The notes under the pieces were generated by a model, which worked only from the letters and a program-made list of their open reading frames with translations, did no database searches and was not told the DNA's origin. Shown here one piece after another: positions 48,865-58,782 of a stretch of 64,000 bases of DNA. Source of the stretch: Candidatus Binatia bacterium (GTDB lineage Bacteria; Desulfobacterota; Binatia; UBA9968; CAXXLF01). Each line of letters opens with the position of its first letter. Within the stretch, counting starts at the first letter, position 1. The position numbers and the translations under genes were made by a program. The stretch spans positions 256,001-320,000 of the forward strand of contig CAXXLF010000001.1 in assembly GCA_963664015.2 (NCBI GenBank). Direction: 5' to 3'.

Positions 48865-49854
48865 TTATCCCAGGTAGCCGCATTTGGCCCAGAAGCGCTC
48901 AGCCGCGGGATGTAGCGGGATATCCAGCGGGCCCTCGGGAGAGTCCTTGCACATGCGCTCCAGGGGGAAAGGCCCCTCGCCTTGCCATGGGATCCGGTCT
49001 TTTCTCGCCTCTAAGGCAGCGCAAATCGATGTCACCACTTCATCGGAAACGTTAGCGTGCGTGTAAATAGGCCAACCACTGAAATCCAGAGTAAGCACAT
49101 CACCAGGGAGTTTGGGCCATCTCTCCTTCTTCAGTAAGGATCGACGAAACCCCATGGACTCCAGCTTCTGGACCACCAGTTCCTGGAGAGCCAACGCACG
49201 AAAGCCAGCGTCGAGGGCCAATCCTATCCAGGCGTTGACCGCCTCATCGAAGATAGCGTCAATATCTCCCCGCTTGGCAAGGTCAATCCGCGTTGTCTCG
49301 TAATTCGACCCTGAAGTTGAAATGCCGTTGGGAAGTCCCGGATCGTAACGGACCTCCCCACCCCACTTGACGATGTCATCGAGAGAAAACCCAAGGGTTT
49401 CTAGTACGACCTTCTCCAAAAAATGGTTCGAATGATCACGCTGGCCGCGCAGGGAGACTCGGAGTGGGTATTTTTTATCGCGAATGTCCTCAAGAGAAGT
49501 AAGACCCGTCCGCTCGCTGACCGTAAAGGCATAAGAGTCCAGCGACGGGATCACGGCAATGGCGCGCAAGGGGATCGGTTCCTTAAAGGGTCCGGTCCCA
49601 CGTACCGCAAGGGTCAGCGGCTCCGCCGGGTTAATGATCGCCAGGTGGACCTCCCCGCGGGCTACCTTTTCAATAGCTTCGTGACTGTCGCTACCGAAGA
49701 GGCAAATTCCGGTCTGCTCGCCTCCCTGGGGCCGCATGGTTACACTGGCCTGTTGGAACGGCCAGTCATTGTTTACGGCCAAAGCGTCGGCAATTTCCAA
49801 TACGACCTTGGACCGGGTAACAACGGGTCGGACGTAACGTCGAGGTGCTTGCAT
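48865..49854 (-). CDS. TAXI-family solute-binding-fold protein (no evident signal peptide)
   Basis: LRAIAVIP, GLTSLEDI, GDIDAIFD, IPLHPAAERFW..GYL. Confidence 0.78.
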   Translation of the reverse strand: MQAPRRYVRPVVTRSKVVLEIADALAVNNDWPFQQASVTMRPQGGEQTGICLFGSDSHEAIEKVARGEVHLAIINPAEPLTLAVRGTGPFKEPIPLRAIAVIPSLDSYAFTVSERTGLTSLEDIRDKKYPLRVSLRGQRDHSNHFLEKVVLETLGFSLDDIVKWGGEVRYDPGLPNGISTSGSNYETTRIDLAKRGDIDAIFDEAVNAWIGLALDAGFRALALQELVVQKLESMGFRRSLLKKERWPKLPGDVLTLDFSGWPIYTHANVSDEVVTSICAALEARKDRIPWQGEGPFPLERMCKDSPEGPLDIPLHPAAERFWAKCGYLG

Positions 49855-49879
49855 GCAATGCTCCTTTCAAAACGAAGGG

Positions 49880-51541
49880 TTAATGTTGCGATGGGAATCC
49901 CTCTTTAGGATCAAGGACGACATCCACCAGGGTTGGTTTATTGGATTCGAGCCCTTTGCGAAGAGCACCGTTGATTTCATCAGGCCGTTCGACCCGAATC
50001 CCCTCGCATTTGAGATCTTTGGCGATATCCGCAAAGTTCAACCCGGGCACAAAGTTCATTTCATCTTTGAGGGCATACTCTTTCATGTGGTTTTTCTCAA
50101 GGAGATAAGACCCATTGTTAAAGACAACCACCGTGATAGGGATCTTGTATCGAGCGGCCACCTCCAACTCGGGAAGAATCCCGCACATGATTCCACCGTC
50201 GCCCTCGAGACAAATGACTTTCTTATCCGGCGCGGCGAGCTTGGCCCCCAAAGCCATGGGCAGGCCGGTTCCTATGGCACCGGTTCCTCTAGGCGTTATG
50301 AAGGTCGGACCTGCATCGACGAAGGTGTGACTGGTCGCCCACATAAAGGGACTGGAGCCGTCGGAAACGAGAATCGTATCGGGCCCGATCAAATTGCGTA
50401 CCTCCCGCATCAAACGGGCCGGATGGATCGGGGAAGCGTTTGAATCGGTGGTTGCCGCGTTATCCTGCACCCATTGATCCAGGTGTTTTTTTATTTCTTC
50501 GGTCCGTGAGGTCTTGGGCTTGAAACCCTTATCTCTCAGTGACTTCACCAGGGCCTCCAGGCCGAGCTTTGCGTCGGCAACAATACCCACCCGGGTTTGG
50601 TAGTTCCGTCCGATCTCTTTCGGATCGATATCCATATGAATGATCGTCGAGGTTGGATCAGGGACGGACCACCGGCTGGTGGCCATTTCGTTGGTACGGC
50701 TCCCCACGAGAAATACGACGTCCGAATCCTTAACGATCTGTCCGGCGACCCGTCCTCGACCCAGCCAACCACCGACGACAGCCCCTGTCGGCCCAGCGCT
50801 CAGCGGATGCCTCTCGGGGAAAGCGCCCTTACCGGAGATGGTCGTGGCCACCGGACACTGGGTCAGTTCGGCTAGCTCCCGAAGTGCCCCCCATGCCTGG
50901 GAAAGATTGACCCCACCCCCAGCGACAATGCAAGGCCGCTCTGCCTGGTGCAACAGGGAAACGGCCTCTTCAATGAGCTGAGGATCGGGAAGGATCCTTG
51001 TGGCCGGAAAAGTCGCGTACCGAGTCTCCGCATAGGGCTCCGTGTCAATATGATGCTGGACGGAAAAGGTTGCCCCCATACCCCGGATGTTCAATACCAC
51101 CGGACCGGGCCTACCGGTCGTCGCGATGCGAAAGGCCTTTCGCAGCATATCAGGTGCTTGAGACATATCGGTGATGTCGCCAATCCATTTGGAGACCGGC
51201 TTGACCATGCCGATCTGATCCTGTTCATAAAGACCATTTTTGCCCTCGTTGGCTAACGCGAGACCTTCCATGAGAACAATGATCGGGACTGAGGAGTTCC
51301 ACGCTTCGGTCAGGGCCATAATCACGTTCATGGTCCCCGGCCGATTCAGTGTGATGACTCCCGGTTTCCCGCTGATTCGGGCATACCCGTAAGCCATGAG
51401 TCCAGCTGAGGTCTCGTGATGAATGTTGATAGGCCTGATCTTGGAGAGGTCTATTTCCGGATAGATGCGCATCCCGATGATCTGCGGGATCCCGTATTGG
51501 ATCAGCATCTCGGTGAAGTGATTGTAGACATGTGCTTTCAT
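49880..51541 (-). CDS. ThDP-binding enzyme (acetolactate synthase large subunit-like)
   Basis: HHETSAGLMAYGYAR, ATTGRPGPVVL, EGDGG...VVFNN. Confidence 0.9.
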   Translation of the reverse strand: MKAHVYNHFTEMLIQYGIPQIIGMRIYPEIDLSKIRPINIHHETSAGLMAYGYARISGKPGVITLNRPGTMNVIMALTEAWNSSVPIIVLMEGLALANEGKNGLYEQDQIGMVKPVSKWIGDITDMSQAPDMLRKAFRIATTGRPGPVVLNIRGMGATFSVQHHIDTEPYAETRYATFPATRILPDPQLIEEAVSLLHQAERPCIVAGGGVNLSQAWGALRELAELTQCPVATTISGKGAFPERHPLSAGPTGAVVGGWLGRGRVAGQIVKDSDVVFLVGSRTNEMATSRWSVPDPTSTIIHMDIDPKEIGRNYQTRVGIVADAKLGLEALVKSLRDKGFKPKTSRTEEIKKHLDQWVQDNAATTDSNASPIHPARLMREVRNLIGPDTILVSDGSSPFMWATSHTFVDAGPTFITPRGTGAIGTGLPMALGAKLAAPDKKVICLEGDGGIMCGILPELEVAARYKIPITVVVFNNGSYLLEKNHMKEYALKDEMNFVPGLNFADIAKDLKCEGIRVERPDEINGALRKGLESNKPTLVDVVLDPKEGFPSQH

Positions 51542-51614
51542 TTGCTCTGTGTTGTCCTTTCTATTCCACCAGGGATCCGCGCAAGGTGAGCCAATTTTCC
51601 ATTGACCGAAAATT

Positions 51615-52823
51615 TCATGCGGCAGCGCCCGCCATTATTTGCAGTGCAGGCCTGAGGGGGGACGGGACCTGGTGCTTCATGAGGATTTCCTTGTGTTCGC
51701 GACCCGACTCGATCATCGCGATGCATGCCTCGAGAGTCGCCCTTCCCCAGCGGACGTCGGGGAAGGAGGGACGGCTCTCTCGCACCGCATCGACCAGCGC
51801 CTGTATTTCACCAGCGCGAAGTTCCCGTTCCGTCATCAGGACTTCTTCCCGTCCCTTCTCCGTATAGACATAAAGGCCGTCGGGGGATTGGCGGATATCT
51901 CCCCGCTCGCAGCTCACGACCAATAACCCGAAGAAATCCTGCTTTCTGACTCCCCCCGCGTTCAATGCCTCGATCGAGTACTGCGGGAGGTTATAAAACT
52001 CTTCAGCGGCAATGGGGCCGGTCGCCCTGGGCTTCGGTCCCAAAATAGTTTCCTCCGGCGCAATTCTCCCCCCCTCGCCGATCCCCCAGGTCAGCTCGCG
52101 GATATCAAAATTGGCATAGCCATTGAAACTGATCGCCGCAGTGGGTCCATCCTCGAAATCAATGAAGGCGTGGTAGTCCCCTTCGACATCGTAGTGGGGC
52201 TGCCACTTCCCTGCCGTACCGCGTACGCTACGGACCATGCCGCCTGCCAGATAACGCACCACATCCATCTGGTGAGGCCCCTGCCGAAAGACCGCACCAC
52301 CACCACATTTGGGATCGAGCGTATGGACTTCCCACGGACGTTGAATCCAATCGTTATACATCCACGAGTTGATGTGAATGATCCTGCCCAACCGGCCACT
52401 GGCGAGGACCTCTCCCATCTTACGAATATAAGGACGATGGATCCGGCTGTGTCCCTGGACATATTTGACACCGTTGCGCTCGATGGCCGCAACCATCCCG
52501 TCTGCCTCGTCAATCGATATGGCCATGGGCTTCTCGCAAATAACGTGTTTGCCGTGGTCCGCAGCAAGAACGGTATGCTGGGCGTGGAAGTTGTTCGGGG
52601 TCGCCACCCACACAGCATCCACTGGAGCGTTTTTGCACATCTCTTCAATCTTAGTAAAGCCTTCAACGCCGTAACGCTTTGTAAATCGTTCCACCTCGTC
52701 GGCCCGGAGATCGCATACCGCCGTAAGCTCTGCCCCCTCCGTCTGCTCGATGCTCCCGAGGACCTGGCGCGCTGCGATACCGATCCCTACGATTCCTACT
52801 CGGACAACAGTGTTCTCAGCCAT
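51615..52823 (-). CDS. Gfo/Idh/MocA oxidoreductase, phthalate cis-dihydrodiol dehydrogenase (OphB/Pht4)-like
   Basis: GKHVICEKPMA, GGGAVFRQGPHQMDVVR, VVSCERGDIR, WGRATLEACIAM. Confidence 0.85.
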   Translation of the reverse strand: MAENTVVRVGIVGIGIAARQVLGSIEQTEGAELTAVCDLRADEVERFTKRYGVEGFTKIEEMCKNAPVDAVWVATPNNFHAQHTVLAADHGKHVICEKPMAISIDEADGMVAAIERNGVKYVQGHSRIHRPYIRKMGEVLASGRLGRIIHINSWMYNDWIQRPWEVHTLDPKCGGGAVFRQGPHQMDVVRYLAGGMVRSVRGTAGKWQPHYDVEGDYHAFIDFEDGPTAAISFNGYANFDIRELTWGIGEGGRIAPEETILGPKPRATGPIAAEEFYNLPQYSIEALNAGGVRKQDFFGLLVVSCERGDIRQSPDGLYVYTEKGREEVLMTERELRAGEIQALVDAVRESRPSFPDVRWGRATLEACIAMIESGREHKEILMKHQVPSPLRPALQIMAGAAA

Positions 52824-52896
52824 GGCGCTCAACTCCTTTTTTACGGACTACTGAAGGGAAAATTATTATATAGGTGCCTACCCACCGGGTCGCAAC

Positions 52897-54150
52897 TCAT
52901 TCGGGACGCGGCCGGGCAGTGCCGAACGGGACTTCAAATACCTCATGCCTGTCATCAAAGACTTCATCCCTGCGTCTTACTCGGCTCAATTCTATGCCTT
53001 GATGACCTGCTCCCGCGCGGGTATCCCGCTCCGAGCACCATCCTTCTAAATCAATGATCGTATTCTGATCAGGGTTTCGAATGGTGTTCATAGGGTCCCC
53101 ACCTTTTTGCACCAACTCGATTTGTTCCTTTAGCATCATGCGATACATCAGAATTCCCCGATCGGACAACCCAGCGCTTTCCTCGGCCCGATTGAAGATC
53201 TCTCCCTGGGTTTCCCAAGCCATCTTGTCCTGGCTGTAAAAGGTATTCATCGTGTACTCGCCACTTGGATGGGTCTGTGGCGGTGGGTCTTCCAGCGGCG
53301 GCTCCTCTGGTTGGGTGACCGGCTTTCCGTCTTCGCTGGGTTTGAAATGGGCCACATAGATTTCCGTATGACTGTCGTCGGCAGGAACTCGCCAGTGCAT
53401 GGCGCTCCAGATATCCGACTGTCTAAACATCGTAGGAAACACGAGTGGATTTCCCCATCCGGACCCGGCGGTGTCGCCTTCGTACTCCCAGCTCTTTAGC
53501 AACCCCCACTGAAATGGCTGGAACCCATACCGAACAAACGGCCGACCGAGAAAATCCGTAGACATATTGTTCCGCCCCATTTTCTTAAATGAATAGGCGT
53601 GGAGGATCGAGGTGTGGACAAAATCCATGGAATTCTCGACTGCCTGAAGCCAGTTGCAGTTCAAGGTCTCCTGGCGCTCAATCCTCCGCTGACCCCGATC
53701 CCATACGAGGAGGTCCCAACGGGGCAGCAAGGGGGCCGGTTCGGGTCCCATGTATGCAAACAAGAGACCGGCCAGTTTCTGGACAGGATAGGCCCTATGC
53801 TTGATACTCTCCTTGAATTTAGGGTTCGGCTCGAATGGCTGTTCGACGCACTGACCCGACTTATCGTAGAGCCAGCCGTGATAGGGGCAACGCAGGCAAC
53901 CGTCTTCCAAAAAGCCATAGTACAAGGAGGTACCTCTGTGGGAGCAGTGTTCTTCCAAGAGACCGAACTCCCCTTTTTCGTCCCGAAAGAGTACCAGCTT
54001 TTCCCCCAATATCTTCACGCGTTTTTTCGGCCGGTTAGCGGTCAACTCACTTGCCGCGGCCACCGGGTACCAATAGCGGCGCAGCAACTCTCCGCACAGG
54101 GTTCCTGGACCTACGCGGGTTAACAGCTCGTTGTCTTCTTTGCTGAGCAT
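52897..54150 (-). CDS. Rieske non-heme iron oxygenase alpha subunit (phthalate 4,5-dioxygenase-like)
   Basis: CSHRG..CPYHGW Rieske motif; ENSMDFVHTSILH; QDKMAWETQG. Confidence 0.93.
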   Translation of the reverse strand: MLSKEDNELLTRVGPGTLCGELLRRYWYPVAAASELTANRPKKRVKILGEKLVLFRDEKGEFGLLEEHCSHRGTSLYYGFLEDGCLRCPYHGWLYDKSGQCVEQPFEPNPKFKESIKHRAYPVQKLAGLLFAYMGPEPAPLLPRWDLLVWDRGQRRIERQETLNCNWLQAVENSMDFVHTSILHAYSFKKMGRNNMSTDFLGRPFVRYGFQPFQWGLLKSWEYEGDTAGSGWGNPLVFPTMFRQSDIWSAMHWRVPADDSHTEIYVAHFKPSEDGKPVTQPEEPPLEDPPPQTHPSGEYTMNTFYSQDKMAWETQGEIFNRAEESAGLSDRGILMYRMMLKEQIELVQKGGDPMNTIRNPDQNTIIDLEGWCSERDTRAGAGHQGIELSRVRRRDEVFDDRHEVFEVPFGTARPRPE

Positions 54151-54206
54151 CGTCCTTCCTCCGAGTCAATACTGGGACCTAAAGATCCTGAAGTCTCTCC
54201 TTTTGT

Positions 54207-55523
54207 TCAACCCTCTGTCGGTTCGGGACGAGGTCTTGCCGCCCCAAATGGAACATCGACTTCCTCATGCCGTTCATCAAATACCTCATCTCTGGTCCTC
54301 TTCCGGGCAATACCGTCGGCCCAATACGAACCCGTCCTTAGGTCCTCTTCGTGCTGCCATCCTAAAAGTTCGATACAGGTGTTCTTTTCAGGATCGCGAA
54401 CGACCCCCCTGGGCTCTCCACCGTTCTGAACGATCTCGATCTGTTCCTTCAGCATCTTGCGAAGCAGAATAATTCCGCGGTCGGATTCACCCAAATGCTC
54501 CTTGGACCGGTCCACGATGGAGCCCTGGGTTTCCCAGGCCATCTTGTCGTGGCAGAAAAAGGTATCCATCGCATATTCGCCGTCGGGTAGTACCTGGGGT
54601 GCCATAAATTCGACTGGAGGGTCTTCAACCTCCTCGACGTCGCGGCCGTCCTCGGTCAGTTTAAAATGAACAATAATGATCTCCGTATGATGATCGTCGA
54701 TGGGAACACGCCAGTGCAGCTGGGCGCTGATGCGAAGCATGTTGGGAAAGACCATTGGATGTCCCCAGCCTTCGGCGGCGTTCTCCCCTCCATAGACCCA
54801 GGTTTTTACGATTCCCCATTCGAAGGGCTGGAAACCGTATTTCTTGAAGGGCCGACCAAATCCTACTTGATCGTTGTCTCCGGGACGCCATCCCAAAGGC
54901 GGGTCCCCGGTGCCCCCCCCGTTGTCGCGCTCCTTTTTCATGCGGGCCCGATGCCGCAGGGTCTGGACATGCAAGAAGTAGGTATGGACGATGTCGACGG
55001 CATTTTCCTGAGCCTGAAGCCAATTGCAGTTGAGCGGCTCCTGACGAATGACAGTGCGGTGACCGTTTTCCCACGCCAGCACATCCCACCTTGGCACCAT
55101 AGGTTTCAACTCGGGAGGCCCCAAGTAGGCAAATAAGAGCCCTCCAAGCTTCTCGACCGGATAAGCCGTGTGGCGAGTATGTTCTCGGAACTTCGGGTTG
55201 GGCTCAAAAGGCTGCTCGACACATTGACCGGTCTTGTCGTACAGCCATCCGTGGTAAGGGCAACGAATGCAACCATCCTCCAAAAACCCATAGTACAAGG
55301 AAGTCCCGCGATGGGAACAGCGCTCGGCCACAAGGCCATATCCACCCTTCTCATCCCTGTACAGCACGAGTTCCTCTCCCATGATTTTGATTCGTTTCTT
55401 TGGTTGCTCCGCGGTCAATTCCCGAGCCCCAGCAACGGGATGCCAGTAACGACGCAACAATTCACCGCCGGGAGTGCCACGGCCCACTTGGGTTACAAGG
55501 TCACTTTCTTCCTTGTTAAGCAT
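54207..55523 (-). CDS. Rieske non-heme iron oxygenase alpha subunit (paralog 2)
   Basis: CSHRG..CPYHGW; ENAVDIVHTYFLH; HDKMAWETQG. Confidence 0.93.
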   Translation of the reverse strand: MLNKEESDLVTQVGRGTPGGELLRRYWHPVAGARELTAEQPKKRIKIMGEELVLYRDEKGGYGLVAERCSHRGTSLYYGFLEDGCIRCPYHGWLYDKTGQCVEQPFEPNPKFREHTRHTAYPVEKLGGLLFAYLGPPELKPMVPRWDVLAWENGHRTVIRQEPLNCNWLQAQENAVDIVHTYFLHVQTLRHRARMKKERDNGGGTGDPPLGWRPGDNDQVGFGRPFKKYGFQPFEWGIVKTWVYGGENAAEGWGHPMVFPNMLRISAQLHWRVPIDDHHTEIIIVHFKLTEDGRDVEEVEDPPVEFMAPQVLPDGEYAMDTFFCHDKMAWETQGSIVDRSKEHLGESDRGIILLRKMLKEQIEIVQNGGEPRGVVRDPEKNTCIELLGWQHEEDLRTGSYWADGIARKRTRDEVFDERHEEVDVPFGAARPRPEPTEG

Positions 55524-55574
55524 GCTCGTTCCTCCTCTCACCTATATTGAGGACTTAACATTCGTTGCATCGAA

Positions 55575-56888
55575 CTATCGAATTCGGGGCCTTGCCGCTC
55601 CGTAAGGAACATTGACTATTTCATACCGATTGTCAAAAACCTCATCCCTTGATTTCCTGTGCGCTTTGCCATCGGCCCAATAAGGATCCGTATAAAGATC
55701 GCCTTCGTTCTGCCACCCTGCAAGCTCGATGCAGATGTTTTTTTCAGGATCACGCACAAGCCCCCTGGGCTCCCCGCCCTGGCGGACAATCTCGATTTGA
55801 TCCTTAAGCATTTTACGGAACATGATGATTCCCTGATCGGATTCACCCAGGTGCTCCCTGGAACGGTCGGCAACCGGTCCCTGTGTTTCCCAAGCCATTT
55901 TGTCATGACTAAAGAATGTATCCATGGCGTAATCGCCGTCTGGAAGCACCTGCGGTTCCATAAATTCGACAGGAGGTTCCTCAGCCCCTTCGACCTTCGG
56001 TCTACCCTCGCTCTGGCGAAAATGGACAATGATGATCTCTGTACGGTAATCATCAATTGGAACACGCCAATGCATCTGGGAAGTAATACGCAACATATTG
56101 GGGAAAACCAGTGGGTGCCCCCAGCCTTCACCGCCGTGCTTGCCTTCATAGACCCAGCTTTTTAACAGCCCCCACTCGAAAGGCTGGAACCCATAACTTG
56201 CGAAGGGACGTCCGTAACCCAATTCATCAGAGGGGGATCTGTTACCATCCGGCGCGTACCCTAAGGGAGGGTCACCACGACCCATGACCCGTTTCTCTGA
56301 ATGAGCTCGGGCCCGTTGCTTCAAAGTTTGGGAATGAAGGAAAAAGGTGTGGGTCACATCGACTGAATTCTCCTCGGCTTGGAGCCAGTTACAGTTGAGA
56401 ATCTCCTGGCGCATGATGGTGCGGCGACCCTTTTCCCACGCCAGGATATCCCAGCGGGGCAGTAGAGGCTTTTGTTCCTGCGGCCCCATGTAGGTAAACA
56501 AGAGTCCACTCAGTTTCTCAACAGGATATGCACGGTGATGCGTCTGCTCTCGAAACTTCGGATTAGGCTCAAATGGTTGCTCGACGCATTGACCTGTCTT
56601 ATCGTAAAGCCAGCCATGGTAAGGACACCGTATACATCCATCCTCAACAAAGCCGTAGTACAAGGAGCTCCCGCGGTGGGAACAGCGCTCGGTCACAAGG
56701 CCATAGCCGCCCTTCTCATCTCGGTATAGGACGAGTTCCTCACCAAGAATTGTAATCCGTTTCTTGGGCTGCGCCTCAGTCAGCTCCCGCGCACCAGCAA
56801 TGGGATGCCAATAACGGCGTAACAACTCGCCGCAGGGAGTCCCACGACTAACTCGGGTGAAGAGCTCATTTTCCTCTTTTGACAGCAT
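55575..56888 (-). CDS. Rieske non-heme iron oxygenase alpha subunit (paralog 3)
   Basis: CSHRG..CPYHGW; ENSVDVTHTFFLH; HDKMAWETQG. Confidence 0.93.
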   Translation of the reverse strand: MLSKEENELFTRVSRGTPCGELLRRYWHPIAGARELTEAQPKKRITILGEELVLYRDEKGGYGLVTERCSHRGSSLYYGFVEDGCIRCPYHGWLYDKTGQCVEQPFEPNPKFREQTHHRAYPVEKLSGLLFTYMGPQEQKPLLPRWDILAWEKGRRTIMRQEILNCNWLQAEENSVDVTHTFFLHSQTLKQRARAHSEKRVMGRGDPPLGYAPDGNRSPSDELGYGRPFASYGFQPFEWGLLKSWVYEGKHGGEGWGHPLVFPNMLRITSQMHWRVPIDDYRTEIIIVHFRQSEGRPKVEGAEEPPVEFMEPQVLPDGDYAMDTFFSHDKMAWETQGPVADRSREHLGESDQGIIMFRKMLKDQIEIVRQGGEPRGLVRDPEKNICIELAGWQNEGDLYTDPYWADGKAHRKSRDEVFDNRYEIVNVPYGAARPRIR

Positions 56889-57172
56889 GATGCCCCCCAA
56901 CCCACCTGATCGCCTGATCGTTGGAATTATTTGAGGCCTTCCGGTCGCGGCTCACGTGACCGCCACCCGCTCAACCATTGGATTCCCCCACCCTTTCGAA
57001 GCGCACTAAAGGTATATGAATTGGTGCAATTAGCAATCGAAGACATCCTGGATAAAAATGAATGAGCAATTTATTAGGCGATTTTGAGTTTCTAGGAGGT
57101 GGGCTTTACGACCCGTGACCACTCTGAAGTGCAATTCTAGTTGAATCCCTGAGTATTGCATCAGCGCAAATG

Positions 57173-58759
57173 CTAACCGACGCAGTCGTCCTGCGTCCAC
57201 CCCCCATCAATCAGGCGCCAGAGTTTCCCGCCGGGATTTTTATCCCTCAGTTCCGGTGGAAGCCGATGCTCCCGCACGTTGTCGTAGCATTCCATCATGG
57301 CGAACCGCCTGATAGAAGCCGGCAGTCCAACAGCAGTAAAACCGGGATGTCCAGTTGCAGGGTACGGCCCGCCATGGTTCATCGCTGGACTCACGGCAAC
57401 TCCAGTGGGCATCCTGTCGTTTAGGAGGCGGCCAACCTTTCGTCGGAGAATGGGTTCGACTTGACGGTACAAAGACTCATCTTCGCGGGCCCCACTGTAG
57501 ATCGTACCTGTCAAATTGCCCTCCAGACAGCGGAGTACCTCCAGCAGTTGTGAGTCATCCTCCACCATGACCAATAGAGATACGTTACCAAAGGCTTCTC
57601 TTTGAAGCCCTTCGGGATTTGCTAGGAATCGCTTACCGCTCACGCGAAGAAGCGTGTTGTCGTAACTGAACCCTTCCCCTCCTCCAAGCTTACCGCCGGA
57701 TACGATTTCCGCACCATCGTTTAAAAGGGCCGCCACGCCCTGCGTAAGATTATCCAGCACGCCGCTAGAGAGGAGGGTGCCGAGGGGAGCGGCGTCGAAC
57801 CTATTCTTTACCTCGGAAATAAACTCTTCGCTTTCAGAGCCGGCCATTACGACGACCAGCCCAGGATTGGTGCAGAACTGTCCGGTACCCATCAGGCAAG
57901 AGATTACAAATTCGTTAACAATCTCCCCGCGCCGCTCCTTAAGAGCACCAGGCAGCATGACCACTGGGTTGATACTGCTCAGCTCCAGGTAAATCGGCTT
58001 ACCAGCCTGATCCGCCGCCCTTTTTAGAGTCAAACCGGCCTGACGGGCGCCCGTGTACCCCGTAGCTGCGATCAGTTTGTGGGAAACCAGTTTTTCTCCG
58101 ACCTGGTGGTCGGTCCGGTATAGGAGTTGGACCGTGGCATCGGGCAAGCCTGTTTCTTTCACGGCGCCAATGGCCTCTTCGGCAAGCAGGCGTGTGGTGC
58201 CCGGGTGTCCCGTATTGGCCTTGGCAATCACCGGGTTTCCAGCTGCAATCGCGGCCGCAAAATCCCCGCCCGCTATACTGTTGAATGCAAAAGGAAAATT
58301 ATTGGGTCCAAAAACAACTACCCCACCACCGAGGGGGCCGAAACAGGAACGAATCCCATTGGTCGTGTCGATCGTGGGAAGCGTCCACGAGCGATCCCGT
58401 ACTGCCCTGGCCGCCTGCCTTAGCTGGCCCGTGGTCCTCGGAAGTTCCACGCTGCTCAGCCTTGGGTCCTTTGGCAATCCCGTCTCCTCAAATGCCGTTT
58501 GGACAATCTCGTCGCGCCGTTTTTCAACTCGCTCCGCATACCGCTTCAGGAACTCCCCGATTTTTTCCGACGCTGTAGCCGCCAGTAATTCCGCCGCCCT
58601 GGCCGCCTGCGAGATCGATTCATTCACGTCTTCAAGGGAACTCACTGGATAGACCCCGGGAAGCGGGGATCGGGTTTGGGGATTGATTGCCCGGAAGTCC
58701 CCGCTGGCTTTTGCCGCCTTCCACTGACCACCGATCAGGACTGGAACCAATTCAGCCAT
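57173..58759 (-). CDS. Aldehyde dehydrogenase (NADP+), alpha-ketoglutaric semialdehyde dehydrogenase-like
   Basis: FGPNNFPFAF, GGDFAAAIAAG, ELSSINP, GQFCTNPG, PTGVAVSPAMNHGGPYPAT. Confidence 0.92.
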   Translation of the reverse strand: MAELVPVLIGGQWKAAKASGDFRAINPQTRSPLPGVYPVSSLEDVNESISQAARAAELLAATASEKIGEFLKRYAERVEKRRDEIVQTAFEETGLPKDPRLSSVELPRTTGQLRQAARAVRDRSWTLPTIDTTNGIRSCFGPLGGGVVVFGPNNFPFAFNSIAGGDFAAAIAAGNPVIAKANTGHPGTTRLLAEEAIGAVKETGLPDATVQLLYRTDHQVGEKLVSHKLIAATGYTGARQAGLTLKRAADQAGKPIYLELSSINPVVMLPGALKERRGEIVNEFVISCLMGTGQFCTNPGLVVVMAGSESEEFISEVKNRFDAAPLGTLLSSGVLDNLTQGVAALLNDGAEIVSGGKLGGGEGFSYDNTLLRVSGKRFLANPEGLQREAFGNVSLLVMVEDDSQLLEVLRCLEGNLTGTIYSGAREDESLYRQVEPILRRKVGRLLNDRMPTGVAVSPAMNHGGPYPATGHPGFTAVGLPASIRRFAMMECYDNVREHRLPPELRDKNPGGKLWRLIDGGWTQDDCVG

Positions 58760-58782
58760 GGAATTCCTCCTAAACCTTAAAC

